From an uncultured Chloroflexia bacterium (GTDB lineage Bacteria > Chloroflexota > Limnocylindria > Limnocylindrales > CSP1-4), in the NCBI GenBank assembly GCA_963749705.1, contig CAVVNQ010000008.1, positions 192,001 through 256,000 on the forward strand: a DNA stretch of 64,000 nt. The letters are read 5' to 3'. Position numbers and translations under genes: made by a program. Under the pieces are notes generated by a model. The model had not been told where the DNA came from, made no database searches, and saw only the letters and a program-made list of their open reading frames with translations. Below are positions 22,594 through 32,554 of this stretch, piece by piece (the stretch's first letter is position 1; each line of letters opens with the position of its first letter).

Positions 22594-23977
22594 TCACCCT
22601 TCCGGGAGCGAGGCATCCCCGAACGTGCGCTCGGCGGGCGAGGAGAACGGCGGCGGCTCCGGCGTGGCTTCGTCAGAGGGCTCGCCGGCGACCGGGAGTC
22701 GAGGCGCCGATGCGGACCAAGCGCGGAGCTGCTGCACGGTCGTCCGGTAGAACTCGGAGGCTTGGTTCTTCGACTCCAGGACGAATGAGCCGGCCCCTCG
22801 CCCGCGCTTCACCCCGAGCTCCTTCGCCTGGGCGATCCGGAACACCTTGGGATCTCGCTTCGGATCGGAGGGCAGGAGCAGCTTCTCCGGCTTGTCCCGA
22901 ACGTCCTTGAGGATCGCTGAGACAGTGTCCTTGGCATTCGGGTAGCGAACCCTGACGCGCGTGGCGTCCGGGGCGTCCTTCAATTGGCGGAGGAGCCAGC
23001 TGATGCGCGTCTTCGTTCGCCCTTCGCGTGGCGCGGCGACTTCGACGGCCGTTGTGAACAGGCGAGTGCGGAGATCCGCCTCAAGCTCGATTGGCGCGAC
23101 GGCACCCGGAACGCGAATGGCGGCGGTCAGCTTGCCAGCGTCAACAAGCGCCCGAATGCCGGCGTCGATGCGTGCTGCAGGATCGAGCTTCTTCGGCCAC
23201 AGCGGCACGACCTCCTCGCCGAGATCCTGTGTCAGGCCAAGACTCAGGTACTCGACGAACTGCTCCCACCGGGCGACGACCTGTCGGACGCCAGGATCGG
23301 CTGCCCGTAGCATCTTGGTGCGGGCGCCATCGCGCACGGCAACCCTCTTTTCGCCGATGTCGTCGAAGCCACCGGCGCCGGCTCGTTCGTGATCCAGGTA
23401 GGCGATGAGCTCGCCCAGGATCCATGCTTGATCGGGATCTGAGATCCCGCGATGCTTGTGCTGGACTCGGGCGGTGGTCATCACCTGCCACCAGGAAAGA
23501 TGGCGAAGCGCGACCCTCCTGAGCCGCCGCGCGTCGACCGTGATCGGAACCTCAGTCGGCGAGGCCGTGATCTGGTTCGAGATCGTCAGCACCGCGTCGA
23601 ACCCATTGGTTCGGGCTAGGTCCACATATCGGGTGACCTGCTCGGCCCGCAGCTCGGCCCCGCCCGTCTTGACCTCGACAAGGCAGACCCAGCGCTTCTT
23701 GCCCCACTCCACGATGACCGCACCGTCCGGAATGGAGAGCTTGCCGTTCTCCTCGGGGAACCGGACTTCGGTGAACGTCGAGACGCGCCCGGTCGGCGCA
23801 CCCGCAAGGGTCAGGATCGCCCGGCCGAACTGCGGGACTGCCTTCATCACCGCAAGGAGCGAAGACGTCGCGCGCTGCTCCTGTTCGTCCTGACCGCCAA
23901 TCCCTGTGGTCGGAATGAGCCTCGCCGTGCGCCACGCATCCTCAGGCTTCGAATTCGGCGAGCTTCGCGGCAGCCAT
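22594..23977 (-). CDS. PD-(D/E)XK nuclease-like hypothetical protein; 5' end apparently frameshifted
   Basis: PDG...CLVEVKTG...EQVTRY. The frame stays open upstream of 23850 (ARLIPTTGIGGQDEQEQRATSSLLAV), but the RBS-preceded ATG at 23977 is out of frame. Confidence 0.65.
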
Positions 23978-24083
23978 GACGGTCCCCCTCTTCAAGACGG
24001 TGCTTTCGATGATAGTCACCGCGAGGAGGAGCGGCGTTCGCATCTGGCTGGCAGACCTAGACCGCAGTTAAGCGAATTGGTCA

Positions 24084-24884
24084 TCACTCAGTCTCGGTGC
24101 CCAGCACCAGCACTCCGACGGGCTCGGCCTTGCCCTTGAGGTCGAGGTCGCGACGCTCGAGCGCGTCGAGGGTCGGGCGGCCGAGGTTCGCCGCTTCTGC
24201 CGCATCGACCGTGACCAGGAGCTCGCCGGCGGCAGCCGCTGAGGCCAGCCGGGCGGCGACGTTGACCACGTCGCCAAGTGCCGTGAACGTGGTTGCCGGC
24301 GGGTCCGCGAGCGATCCCACGAAGGCCACGCCCGTGTGGACGCCGACGCCGATCGGGATCCATGGGCCGCCGGGCTCGCCGTGGCCCGTCGCCCGCAGCA
24401 GGTCGCGGCCGGTCTCGAGCGCGCGTTGTGCGTGGCGCTCGCCGGTCAGCGCCGGGAGGAAGATCGCCATCACCTCGTCGCCCACGAACTTGTCGAGGAT
24501 CGCGTCATGGCGAAAGAGCACCTCGGCAGCGGTCGAGTAGAAGCGCTGCATCAGGTGCCGGAAGGCGGTGGGCGTCGTCTGCTCGGCCAGGGATGTCGAT
24601 CCCCGGACGTCGGCGAACAGGAGGCTGCACGGGATCTCCGCGCCGCCGCGGTGCTGGTCGAGGACCGAGAAGCAGCGCGTGCAGTAGTTCGGGTTCTTGT
24701 CCCAGCGCCGGCTGCCCATGAGCCGCGCGAGCGGCGAGCCGATGCCGCCGAACGGCGCGCCGCAGAAGTGGCACCGCGGACCGCCGGGCATGCGGCGCAT
24801 GATCTTCGAGAAGCGGATGAAATCGGGATCCGTGCCCAGCAGGACGGCCCGCCACTTGGGCTCGGTCGGAGCGTTCGACGTCAC
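24084..24884 (-). CDS. Class III adenylate/guanylate cyclase with N-terminal Cys motifs
   Basis: LLFADVRGST, DKFVGDEVMA, GVGVHTG, GDVVNVAARL and LKGK. CHFC and CTRC lie near the N-terminus. Confidence 0.9.
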   Translation of the reverse strand: MTSNAPTEPKWRAVLLGTDPDFIRFSKIMRRMPGGPRCHFCGAPFGGIGSPLARLMGSRRWDKNPNYCTRCFSVLDQHRGGAEIPCSLLFADVRGSTSLAEQTTPTAFRHLMQRFYSTAAEVLFRHDAILDKFVGDEVMAIFLPALTGERHAQRALETGRDLLRATGHGEPGGPWIPIGVGVHTGVAFVGSLADPPATTFTALGDVVNVAARLASAAAAGELLVTVDAAEAANLGRPTLDALERRDLDLKGKAEPVGVLVLGTETE

Positions 24885-24888
24885 GACG

Positions 24889-25146
24889 CTACCCGCGCCC
24901 GGTCGTCTGGCCATCGTGCTCGCCAGCCGGCGGTGGCACGGCCCCCAGCCGGGCTGCGTCGCGCATCCCCGCCTCGAGCGCCGCGATCGGCTCGTCGAGC
25001 GCCGCGATCGTCCGCTTGTCGAGCGGCAGCGACGCCAGCCACGCGCGCATCCGGGCAGCCTCCGCGGCGCGATCGAGCGCATCGTCGCGCTCCCGGAACG
25101 CGTCGCGTGCCGCGCTCGCGATCCACTCCTGGGCCATGTACGCCAT
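24889..25146 (-). CDS. Small helical hypothetical protein
   Basis: Fills the gap between two co-oriented genes with 3-4 nt spacing. Confidence 0.55.
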   Translation of the reverse strand: MAYMAQEWIASAARDAFRERDDALDRAAEAARMRAWLASLPLDKRTIAALDEPIAALEAGMRDAARLGAVPPPAGEHDGQTTGRG

Positions 25147-25149
25147 GCC

Positions 25150-25993
25150 TCAGCCCCCGGTGCGGGGCGACCCGGTGGCCGCGGTCAGGGGCGACCCGGC
25201 GGCCGCCGCCAGGCGTTCCAGCGTGGCGCGCTCGAAGAAGGCGCCGTCCACGTAGCACCAGATCCACCCCTCCCTGAGGCGGATCGAGCGCATCAGCGCG
25301 TGCCCCGTTGCCTCGGAGTGGGCGCGGAGGTGGCGGTTGAGCGAGGTGTCGCAGCAGCCGACGGCACCGCACACCAGGCACATCCGCAGGGCCGGCCAGT
25401 AGCTGCCCATCTCGACGCACTCGGCGCACACGGCGGTCGATCGGCTCGAACACGCGGGCATCGCCCAGGTGGCTGCACGGCTTGTCGGCCGCCTGCCCGG
25501 CAAACCCGAGCTTGAGCAGGAACTCCGGCGGCGCGATCGGGTCCCTGGGCTCGAGGTGCATCGCGTCCGCGGGTGGGATGACGCCCACCGCGCGCAGCGC
25601 GGCGATCGCGGCCGGGGGCGGATCGTCGCCCTGGACCAGCCAGCCTCGGTCCGTCGGGCGGAACCGGAGCGCGAGCTCGATCCGGACCGGCTTGCCAGTC
25701 GGCGGCGAGCCCCAGAGCTCGCGGGTGAACGTCCCGGTTGCGACGGCGCGGACGCCGACCTCCCGGGGGGCTGCCGCTTCGATCTCGCGTCCCTCGACCT
25801 CGATCCGGAGGTCCGGCATGGCTGCCCGAACGTCCGGGAGCAGGTCCAGCCAGCGATCGGCCTGGGACGGCTCGCCCGGTGCCCGGGTATGGCCGTAGTA
25901 GTCCTCGGCGAGGAACGACCGGATGGCGGCGTCGTCGCCGGCCATCAACGCGTGTGCAAAGGTAACGATGTCAGCGAGCGACCCAGCGGTCAT
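25150..25993 (-). CDS. SnoaL/ester-cyclase-like domain fused to a UBP-type zinc finger (apparent frameshift near 25440)
   Basis: AMPDL...GTFT.ELWG.PPTGK, then CSHL, then in the shifted frame CAEC...LRMCLVCGAVGCCD...H...H...WCY. Confidence 0.7.
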
Positions 25994-26109
25994 GGACGGC
26001 GGTCTCCGATCGCGCGCCGATGCTCGGGGCAGGCGGCCGTGAAGACGGCGGCGCTCGCGCATCGTACTGTGCCGCGCGGTTGGCCGGGAGCGTGCCGGAT
26101 CGCGGGGCT

Positions 26110-26769
26110 TCAGCCCCCCGTGCCGGTGGCGTCCACGACCTCGCTCACCTCCAGCACGATCGGTCCGAGGATGGCCTCCAGGCGCTCGGCGGACAGCCCG
26201 ACCACCTTGAGGAACACGTTCCGGGTCTCGGGCGCCACCGCGCCGTACGTGCACATCGCGCTCACCGATCCACCGGCCTCGGCGACGGCGCCGGTGACCT
26301 TGGCGAGCGCGCCCGGCCGGTCGGACACGGTCATCGTGACCCGGGCGCCCGGCTCGTGCGCGCCAAGCAGCTCGGCGAACACCCGGAAGATGTCGGACTC
26401 CGTGATCACGCCCACCACCTTGCCGCCGTCGACCACCGGCAACCCGCCGATCTTGCGGTCGAGCATGAGCTGGGCGGCATCCTCGATCGGCGTCTCCGGC
26501 CCGACCGTGAGCACGGCGCGCGTCATCACCTCGGCAACGGTCAGCCGGCCGAGGAGGTAGGTGATCTCCCACACGCTGAGGCTGGTCGCCGGCGACGGGG
26601 CCGCGTGCAGGAGGTCCTTGTCCGACACGATCCCGACCAGGTGTCCCTTCGCGTCCACGACGGGGAGGCGGCGGATGTGCTGCTCCTGCATCGTGCGAAG
26701 CGCCTCGCTGACCGGCGTCTCGGGCGCAGCGACCCGCGGCGGCGTGGACATGGAGTTGCCGACCAGCAT
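26110..26769 (-). CDS. CBS-pair + ACT domain protein (AcuB-like)
   Basis: IRRLPVV...GIVSDKD, IGGLPVV...GVITESD and DRPGAL. Confidence 0.88.
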   Translation of the reverse strand: MLVGNSMSTPPRVAAPETPVSEALRTMQEQHIRRLPVVDAKGHLVGIVSDKDLLHAAPSPATSLSVWEITYLLGRLTVAEVMTRAVLTVGPETPIEDAAQLMLDRKIGGLPVVDGGKVVGVITESDIFRVFAELLGAHEPGARVTMTVSDRPGALAKVTGAVAEAGGSVSAMCTYGAVAPETRNVFLKVVGLSAERLEAILGPIVLEVSEVVDATGTGG

Positions 26770-26783
26770 CACAATTCCTCCAG

Positions 26784-26996
26784 CTACAACCCCAGGTACG
26801 CGCGCTGGACGTCGGCGTTGCCGGCGATGTCGCCGGCTGGTCCACTCAGGACCGTGCGCCCCTGGCTGAGTACATGTGCATTGTCGCTCACCGCGAGCGC
26901 CAGCCGAACGTTCTGCTCCACGAGCAGCATGGTCAGGCCGTCGCGTGGCAGCTGCTGGGGCGACTCGAACAGGTTGATGGTGAGCAGCGGCGACCA
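26784..26996 (-). pseudogene. 3' remnant of a branched-chain amino acid ABC ATPase (LivF-like)
   Basis: Hand translation: SPLLTINLFE...GLTMLLVEQNVRLALAVSDNAHVLSQGRTVLSG...DVQRAYLGL*. The Walker A/B part is missing. Confidence 0.75.
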
Positions 26997-27025
26997 TAGA
27001 CGGCGGCCTTACCATCGGCAGCAGG

Positions 27026-28147
27026 ATGCCGTCCCTTGACGTCGCCGGGCTGCGCGCGTACCGGCCCCACTCGGCCGAGGAGATCCGCTTTGTCCGCGGC
27101 CACGGTGGGGTCCGGATTGCGTATGCGGTGCATGGAAGCGGGCCGCCGCTCATCGTCGTGTCGTGCTGGCTGAGCCACCTCCAGCACGACTGGGAGAGCC
27201 CGGTCTGGCGGCACTTCCTCGAGGGCCTTGGCTCGTTCTCGAGGCTGGTCCGCTTCGACGAGCGCGGCTTCGGCATGTCGGAGCGGAACATCACCGACTT
27301 CTCGCTCGACGCTCGCCTGGGTGACCTCGAGGCGGTCGTCGAGGAGCTCGGCTATGCCCGGTTTGCGCTCCTCGGCATGTCCCACGGCTCCGGCGTGGCG
27401 ATGGCATATGCCGCTCGTCACCCGGACCGCGTGACTCGTCTCGTCCTGTACGGGACGGTGTGCGGAGAGGCACGCAATTTCACTGGCGAGGCGGCGATCG
27501 AGGAGGAGACCAACCGCGGCATGATCCGGATCGGCTGGGCCAGGGAGGATCCACGCTTCCGGCGTTTCTTCACGCAGGCGTACATCCCCGACGCGACGGA
27601 AGAGCAGATGCGCTGGTTCGACGAGCTGCAGCGAGTGTCGACGTCGAGCGACAACTACCTCGCAGCGCGCGAAACGAGGCTTAGCGAGGACATCACCGAT
27701 GAGCTCAAGCGGATCACTGCACCGACCTTGATCATGCACGCCGTCGGCGATCGACAGATGACCTTCGAGAACGCGACGATGGTGGCGGCGCTCGTCCAGG
27801 ACGCACGGGTCGTCCCACTCGACAGCCAGAATCACATCCTGTTGGGAGACGAGCCCGCATGGGCGCAGTTCGTGGCCGAGGCTCGCGCGTTTCTCGAGCC
27901 CGATCGCATCGCGATGGTTGCCGTGGGCCATGACCCGGACCTCGTGGGCACCCTGTCCGCTCGCGAGCTGGAGGTCCTTCGCCTGGCGGCCGGCGGGCAG
28001 CCGAATGCCGACATCGCGGTGACGCTCGGACTGAGCATCCGGACGATCGAGCGCCATCTATCGAATGCCTACGGCAAGCTCGGCCTGACCGGCCCGGCGG
28101 CCCGGACGGCGGCCGTGGCGCAGCTCCTGCGAGCGCGGCTCGCCTGA
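27026..28147 (+). CDS. Alpha/beta-hydrolase fold fused to a LuxR HTH (regulator)
   Basis: FDERGFGMS, GMSHG and NH, then LSARELEVLRL...NADIA...TIERHLSNAYGKLG. Confidence 0.9.
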   Translation: MPSLDVAGLRAYRPHSAEEIRFVRGHGGVRIAYAVHGSGPPLIVVSCWLSHLQHDWESPVWRHFLEGLGSFSRLVRFDERGFGMSERNITDFSLDARLGDLEAVVEELGYARFALLGMSHGSGVAMAYAARHPDRVTRLVLYGTVCGEARNFTGEAAIEEETNRGMIRIGWAREDPRFRRFFTQAYIPDATEEQMRWFDELQRVSTSSDNYLAARETRLSEDITDELKRITAPTLIMHAVGDRQMTFENATMVAALVQDARVVPLDSQNHILLGDEPAWAQFVAEARAFLEPDRIAMVAVGHDPDLVGTLSARELEVLRLAAGGQPNADIAVTLGLSIRTIERHLSNAYGKLGLTGPAARTAAVAQLLRARLA

Positions 28148-28296
28148 TCCGGGCGTGGCGCCGTACGTGGGCGCCGCCATCACCGTTCATCCCGACCCGC
28201 CGCGATTGCGTGTCGGCGCGGTTCCCGTTCAGGGTGTGGCACTCGATCATCCCCGCTGACGTACGCACACCCAATGTGCCGTCAGCAGGAGCATGA

Positions 28297-29016
28297 ATGC
28301 AGCTCGACACGGTGTCCACGATCGGGGATCCATTCGCCAACGCGGAAGCCAACGCCTGCCGCATCGACCCGGTCCAACGACCGGGAACACGGCCGGCAAT
28401 CCACATCACCAGCGCGCCACCGACCTTGGAGGCTTTCATCGACAGCCTCTCGGCACGAGACTTCGAAAGGCTCGCGGCGTGTCTTGGTCCGGAGGCTCGC
28501 CTCCGTGCGCTGGTTCCGGCCGGCGCCGGGCAGTCTCTGGGCCGCGCCGCGGTCGTCGGCCAGTTCGCCGGCTGGTTCGGTGACGCCACGAGGTTTGACC
28601 TGTTCGAGCGGCGGATCGCGGCCGCGACGGATCGGTGGCTCATGTCCTACCGCATCGACCTCGACGAGGCCGGTGGTCGATACGCCATCGACCAGCACCT
28701 GTTCTGCGACCTCAGGGACGAGGCGATCGATCGCATCGACCTCCTGTGCTCCGGCTTCCGACGGGTCCGGATCTCCGACGACGACGATGTCCACCACTAC
28801 GACGCCGGGACGCTCGGCTGCGCCGATGGGCTGGCGGATGCCTTCCGGGCCCGCCTTGCCCAGGTCCCGGTGGGCGAATCGCTCGTCGTGATCGCCCGGG
28901 ACCCGGCTGCGAGAGAGGACCTCCCATCGCTGGCGAGGCTGCTCGGCAACCGCGTGCTATCGGTCACCACCAAGGACGACGGACACCTCGAGATGACAGT
29001 GGAGCGAGCACGATGA
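28297..29016 (+). CDS. SnoaL/NTF2-like domain + TusA-like sulfur-carrier domain
   Basis: N-terminal part ends in LLCSGF. C-terminal DAGTLGCADGL...VIARDPAAREDLP...LGN. The start codon is uncertain. Confidence 0.7.
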   Translation: MQLDTVSTIGDPFANAEANACRIDPVQRPGTRPAIHITSAPPTLEAFIDSLSARDFERLAACLGPEARLRALVPAGAGQSLGRAAVVGQFAGWFGDATRFDLFERRIAAATDRWLMSYRIDLDEAGGRYAIDQHLFCDLRDEAIDRIDLLCSGFRRVRISDDDDVHHYDAGTLGCADGLADAFRARLAQVPVGESLVVIARDPAAREDLPSLARLLGNRVLSVTTKDDGHLEMTVERAR

Positions 29017-29378
29017 GCCAGAAGCTGATCTTCAACTGCACCTACGGCAAGGAGCACGCGGAGCGCGCCACCTTGCCGTTCGTCGCCGCCAACATCGCCG
29101 CTGTGGCGGGCCAGGATTCCGTGGTGCTGTGCACCATCGAGGGCGTCTGGCTGGGCGCGCGTGGAGGACTTGCCGGCGTCGTGGCGGACGGTCTGCCTGT
29201 CCTGGCCGACCTGTTCCGCGACTTCATCGCCAATGGCGGCCAGGTCTGGTTGTGCGGGGCGTGCACCAAGCCGCGTGGGATCGGCGAGGACCAGCTCGCC
29301 GACGGCGTGACGATCGTCGGTGCGGCTCGTGTGGTCGAGGAGATCGTCAACGGGGCCAGGACGGTGGCGTTCGCCTGA
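29013..29378 (+). CDS. DsrE/DsrF-like protein
   Basis: ATGA overlap with the previous gene; ERATLPF.AN, EGVW and CGAC motifs. Confidence 0.85.
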   Translation: MSQKLIFNCTYGKEHAERATLPFVAANIAAVAGQDSVVLCTIEGVWLGARGGLAGVVADGLPVLADLFRDFIANGGQVWLCGACTKPRGIGEDQLADGVTIVGAARVVEEIVNGARTVAFA

Positions 29379-29485
29379 CGCCGGGGCTGCCGTGTCGAGC
29401 GGTGCAGGCAACCGGATCGGGGCTTGCGCGCCACGGCCCGGACCGCAGACAGTGGACACGACGTGCAACACCCCGTGTCCGCTCG

Positions 29486-30073
29486 ATGACCCAGCTCCTC
29501 GCGCTCATCGGCTTCTCGCTGGTGAGCTCGATCACGCCCGGGCCGAACAACGTCCTGCTGTGGGCGTCCGGTGCGGCGTTCGGGTTCCGCCGGACGTTGC
29601 CGCACGTCCTGGGCACGGCGCTGGGGCTCGGCTCCATGGCACTCGCGGCCGCGGCGGGGGTCGCTGCGCTGGTGACAGCGGTGCCCATCCTCGCCGTCGT
29701 GCTGCGCGTCATCGGGTCCGCGTACCTGCTCTACCTCGCATGGCAGATCTGGCGGTCTGGCACGCTCCGGTCCGCGGTCGTCGCCCGGCCGCTCGGCGTT
29801 CGCGGGGGCGCGGCGTTCCAGCTGGTCAACCCGAAGGCGTGGGTGTTCGCGCTGGGCGCCGTGACCACCTTCCGCCCGACCGACCTGCCGATCGTGACCG
29901 GAAGCGTGCTCGTCGCCGTGGTGATGATGGCGGTGATCCTGCCCGCCGCGTCGACCTGGGCCGGTGCCGGCGGCGCGATGAGCCGGCTGCTGGCCGGTGA
30001 GCGAACTCGGCGACCGGTCACGATCGCGCTCGCCGTGACGGTCGCGCTGACCGTGGTCCTGGTCTGGGTCTAG
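29486..30073 (+). CDS. LysE/RhtB family exporter
   Basis: SITPGPNN, YLLYLAW and FQLVNPKAW. Confidence 0.9.
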   Translation: MTQLLALIGFSLVSSITPGPNNVLLWASGAAFGFRRTLPHVLGTALGLGSMALAAAAGVAALVTAVPILAVVLRVIGSAYLLYLAWQIWRSGTLRSAVVARPLGVRGGAAFQLVNPKAWVFALGAVTTFRPTDLPIVTGSVLVAVVMMAVILPAASTWAGAGGAMSRLLAGERTRRPVTIALAVTVALTVVLVWV

Positions 30074-30291
30074 ACCGGAGCGGGGGTTGCGACGCGGGTG
30101 TCGCTGGGCGCATCGCGGTGCCACCTGTCACCACGTCGTCCGCAAGAGGTGATGCCATCCGGGGCGCGAAAGGCGCACACTCGGGTCCACCAAGGACCTG
30201 AGCCGGAGCGGACGCCGGATCGACCACCATCGATCGGACCGCGCACCGCGACGGGAGCGGCTCGGAGGGAGCCCGCTGGAGGAGGACGACC

Positions 30292-31908
30292 ATGCGACAT
30301 CGCAAGCCATTGGCGTTCGTGACCGTCATCGCGTTGCTCGCGAGCGTGACGGCCCTGTCGGCGGGGGCCGCGCTCGCCAGACCGTCGCTGCCCGAGGGCG
30401 GCATGGCGCTCAAGCGCACGGTGAGCGTCGACATGGCCGGCTACGCCAAGCAGCATGGCCCGCACTCGCAGTTCGAGTGCATCGTCGCGAGCGGCGGCGC
30501 CAACACCGACCTCGACTGCGACGACCCGTTCCCCAACAACGAGCCCGACATCGAGGTCAATCCCGCCAACGCGAACAACATCATCGCGAGCTCGAACGAC
30601 TACGGCTCGTGCTGCGACCAGTTCTACACGTCGCTCGATGGCGCGGCGACGTGGACGACCGGCAACATGTCGATCAACAACCCGCAGCAGACCGGCAGCG
30701 ACCCGGTCACGGTGTTCGACGTCAAGCACGGCGTCGCGATGCACTCGTCGCTGAACTACTCGTTCCAGCTGCCCAGCGGCGAGGCCTGCCGTGGCGACCT
30801 GGTGGTCTCTCGGTCGATGGACGCGGGCATCACCTGGGATCCGGCGATCGTCGTCGACTCCGGGTACGGCTGCGACCTGTCGAACCACCAGCTGTTCAAC
30901 GACAAGGAATGGATCGTCACCGACAACAATCCCTCGTCGCCGTACTACGGGCGGACCTACATCACGTGGTCGAAGTTCGATTCGATCAAGGGCGCCTACC
31001 AGTCGTCCGCCATCTGGGCCACGTACTCCGATGACGGCGGCAAGCACTGGACCAAGGGCCGGGAGATCTCCGGCTCGAACGCCGATCTGTGCACGTACCA
31101 GGAGACCGGACCGGCCGGACAGTGTGACGAGGACCAGTTCTCCGTTCCCACGATCGGCCCTGACGGGACGGTCTATGTCGCCTTCCAGAACGAGCAGAAC
31201 GAGGCGTTGTGGGGCGATGGTGCGTTCGCCAACCAGTACCTGCTGGTCAAGTCCACCAACGGCGGCAGGACGTGGTCCAGCCCGACGTTCGTGGTCGGCC
31301 TGCAGGACGGCACGAACGACTACCCGACCAACGTCAGCGGGCGCCAGACGCTCACCGGCTACCAGCTTCGCGTCAACTCGGCCGGGAACATCGTGGCGGC
31401 TCCGGACGGCACCCTGTACCTGGTGTTCAGCGACAACCGCAACGGGGTCCACGATTCGGATAATCCCGTCACCAACATCGACGTGTTCGTGATGACCTCC
31501 ACCGATGGCGGGGCCAGCTGGAGCGACCCGATGGCCGTCGACACGGCAGCGGGTGACCAGTGGTTCCCGTGGGTTGCGGTCAACCCGACCGACGGCTCGA
31601 TCGGGGTCCTGTACAACGACCGCGGGGCGTCGAACGGCGATACGTACAACGCGTCGCTATCCGAGGGCACGCCCGGCTCGTTCACCAAGACCGTCGTCAG
31701 CACGGCCCCGTCCGACCCCGTGCATTCGCGGTACTTCCGAGCGGGCGAGGACGCGGTCGGCTGTGAGGCGTGCGCGACGTTCAACGGCGACTACGTCGGC
31801 CTCGACTACGGGTCCGACGGCACGGCCCACATGGCCTGGACGGACATGCGAGTCCCGTCCGACCAGGAGGGCTTCTTCTACCAGTACATCTTCTACGCCC
31901 AGAAGTAG
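30292..31908 (+). CDS. Secreted sialidase-fold (BNR/Asp-box) protein
   Basis: Signal peptide and five Asp-box-like motifs (SLDGAATW, SMDAGITW, SDDGGKHW, STNGGRTW, STDGGASW), plus DKEW and GDY. Confidence 0.85.
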   Translation: MRHRKPLAFVTVIALLASVTALSAGAALARPSLPEGGMALKRTVSVDMAGYAKQHGPHSQFECIVASGGANTDLDCDDPFPNNEPDIEVNPANANNIIASSNDYGSCCDQFYTSLDGAATWTTGNMSINNPQQTGSDPVTVFDVKHGVAMHSSLNYSFQLPSGEACRGDLVVSRSMDAGITWDPAIVVDSGYGCDLSNHQLFNDKEWIVTDNNPSSPYYGRTYITWSKFDSIKGAYQSSAIWATYSDDGGKHWTKGREISGSNADLCTYQETGPAGQCDEDQFSVPTIGPDGTVYVAFQNEQNEALWGDGAFANQYLLVKSTNGGRTWSSPTFVVGLQDGTNDYPTNVSGRQTLTGYQLRVNSAGNIVAAPDGTLYLVFSDNRNGVHDSDNPVTNIDVFVMTSTDGGASWSDPMAVDTAAGDQWFPWVAVNPTDGSIGVLYNDRGASNGDTYNASLSEGTPGSFTKTVVSTAPSDPVHSRYFRAGEDAVGCEACATFNGDYVGLDYGSDGTAHMAWTDMRVPSDQEGFFYQYIFYAQK

Positions 31909-31957
31909 CCGGAAGCCTGCGCCGGTCACCGACCGGCGCCAACTCAGGCGATAACGG

Positions 31958-31990
31958 AACGGGGTCGACGCGTCGCGCCGGCCCCGTTTC
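31958..31990. terminator. Hairpin between convergent genes
   Basis: AACGGGG...CCCCGTTT inverted repeat. Confidence 0.5.
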
Positions 31991-32027
31991 TGGGTCCTGT
32001 GGGTCGAACCGCCTTCGCGGAGCGGCG

Positions 32028-32333
32028 TCAGCCGGCCGTCGGGCCCGGCGCGTAGGCGACCGCGACCACGGCCTTGGTCTCGTATCCGGAGCCGTCACGA
32101 CCCATGAACGCACCCGCGTGGCGCAATGGCATCGAGGTCATCGACACCATGCGGAGTCTGCGGTTGGCGGCCAGGTCCGCGGCGTCACGGGCGATGTCCG
32201 CATACAGCGTCATCGGGTCGATCTCCGACCCGTAGTCACCTGGTGCGTAGACAACGATCAGCTGGCCATCGCCAGCATCGAACTCGGCACGGCCCACGGT
32301 CCACCCCTTTTCGAGACCGCCTTCGTCGAACAT
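32028..32333 (-). CDS. Small hypothetical protein
   Basis: Natural-looking composition from MFDEGG onward, with host-like codon usage. Confidence 0.5.
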   Translation of the reverse strand: MFDEGGLEKGWTVGRAEFDAGDGQLIVVYAPGDYGSEIDPMTLYADIARDAADLAANRRLRMVSMTSMPLRHAGAFMGRDGSGYETKAVVAVAYAPGPTAG

Positions 32334-32554
32334 GAGATCGCCGATCGGCACGCCGAACCTACGGCGCACCAGCCGGCCGGTCAAGCGCTGCGCGGATCCA
32401 TGTCCGGTCCCGCCGATCCGCCGGACGGCGACCCGGTGACCCGGTCGCAGACGTCGGCCGGCGTTTCTTCCGTGAGCCACGCGACGATGGGTGCGCCGGC
32501 GTGCATCATGGATGGACGCCGGGTCACGCCACGGCGAGCAGCGGGAGGGATGCC

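Larger units (their letters stand above)
18950..24080. mobile_element. Putative horizontally acquired defence islet
   Basis: Visibly more A/T-ending codons than the flanks and defence-type genes. No integrase, transposase or att repeat was seen, so the boundaries are approximate. Confidence 0.55.

Noticed and set aside
18930-24070. Target-site duplication/att sites flanking the islet
   Set aside because: Only a 6-bp CCGCAG match was seen, which is expected by chance at this GC content.
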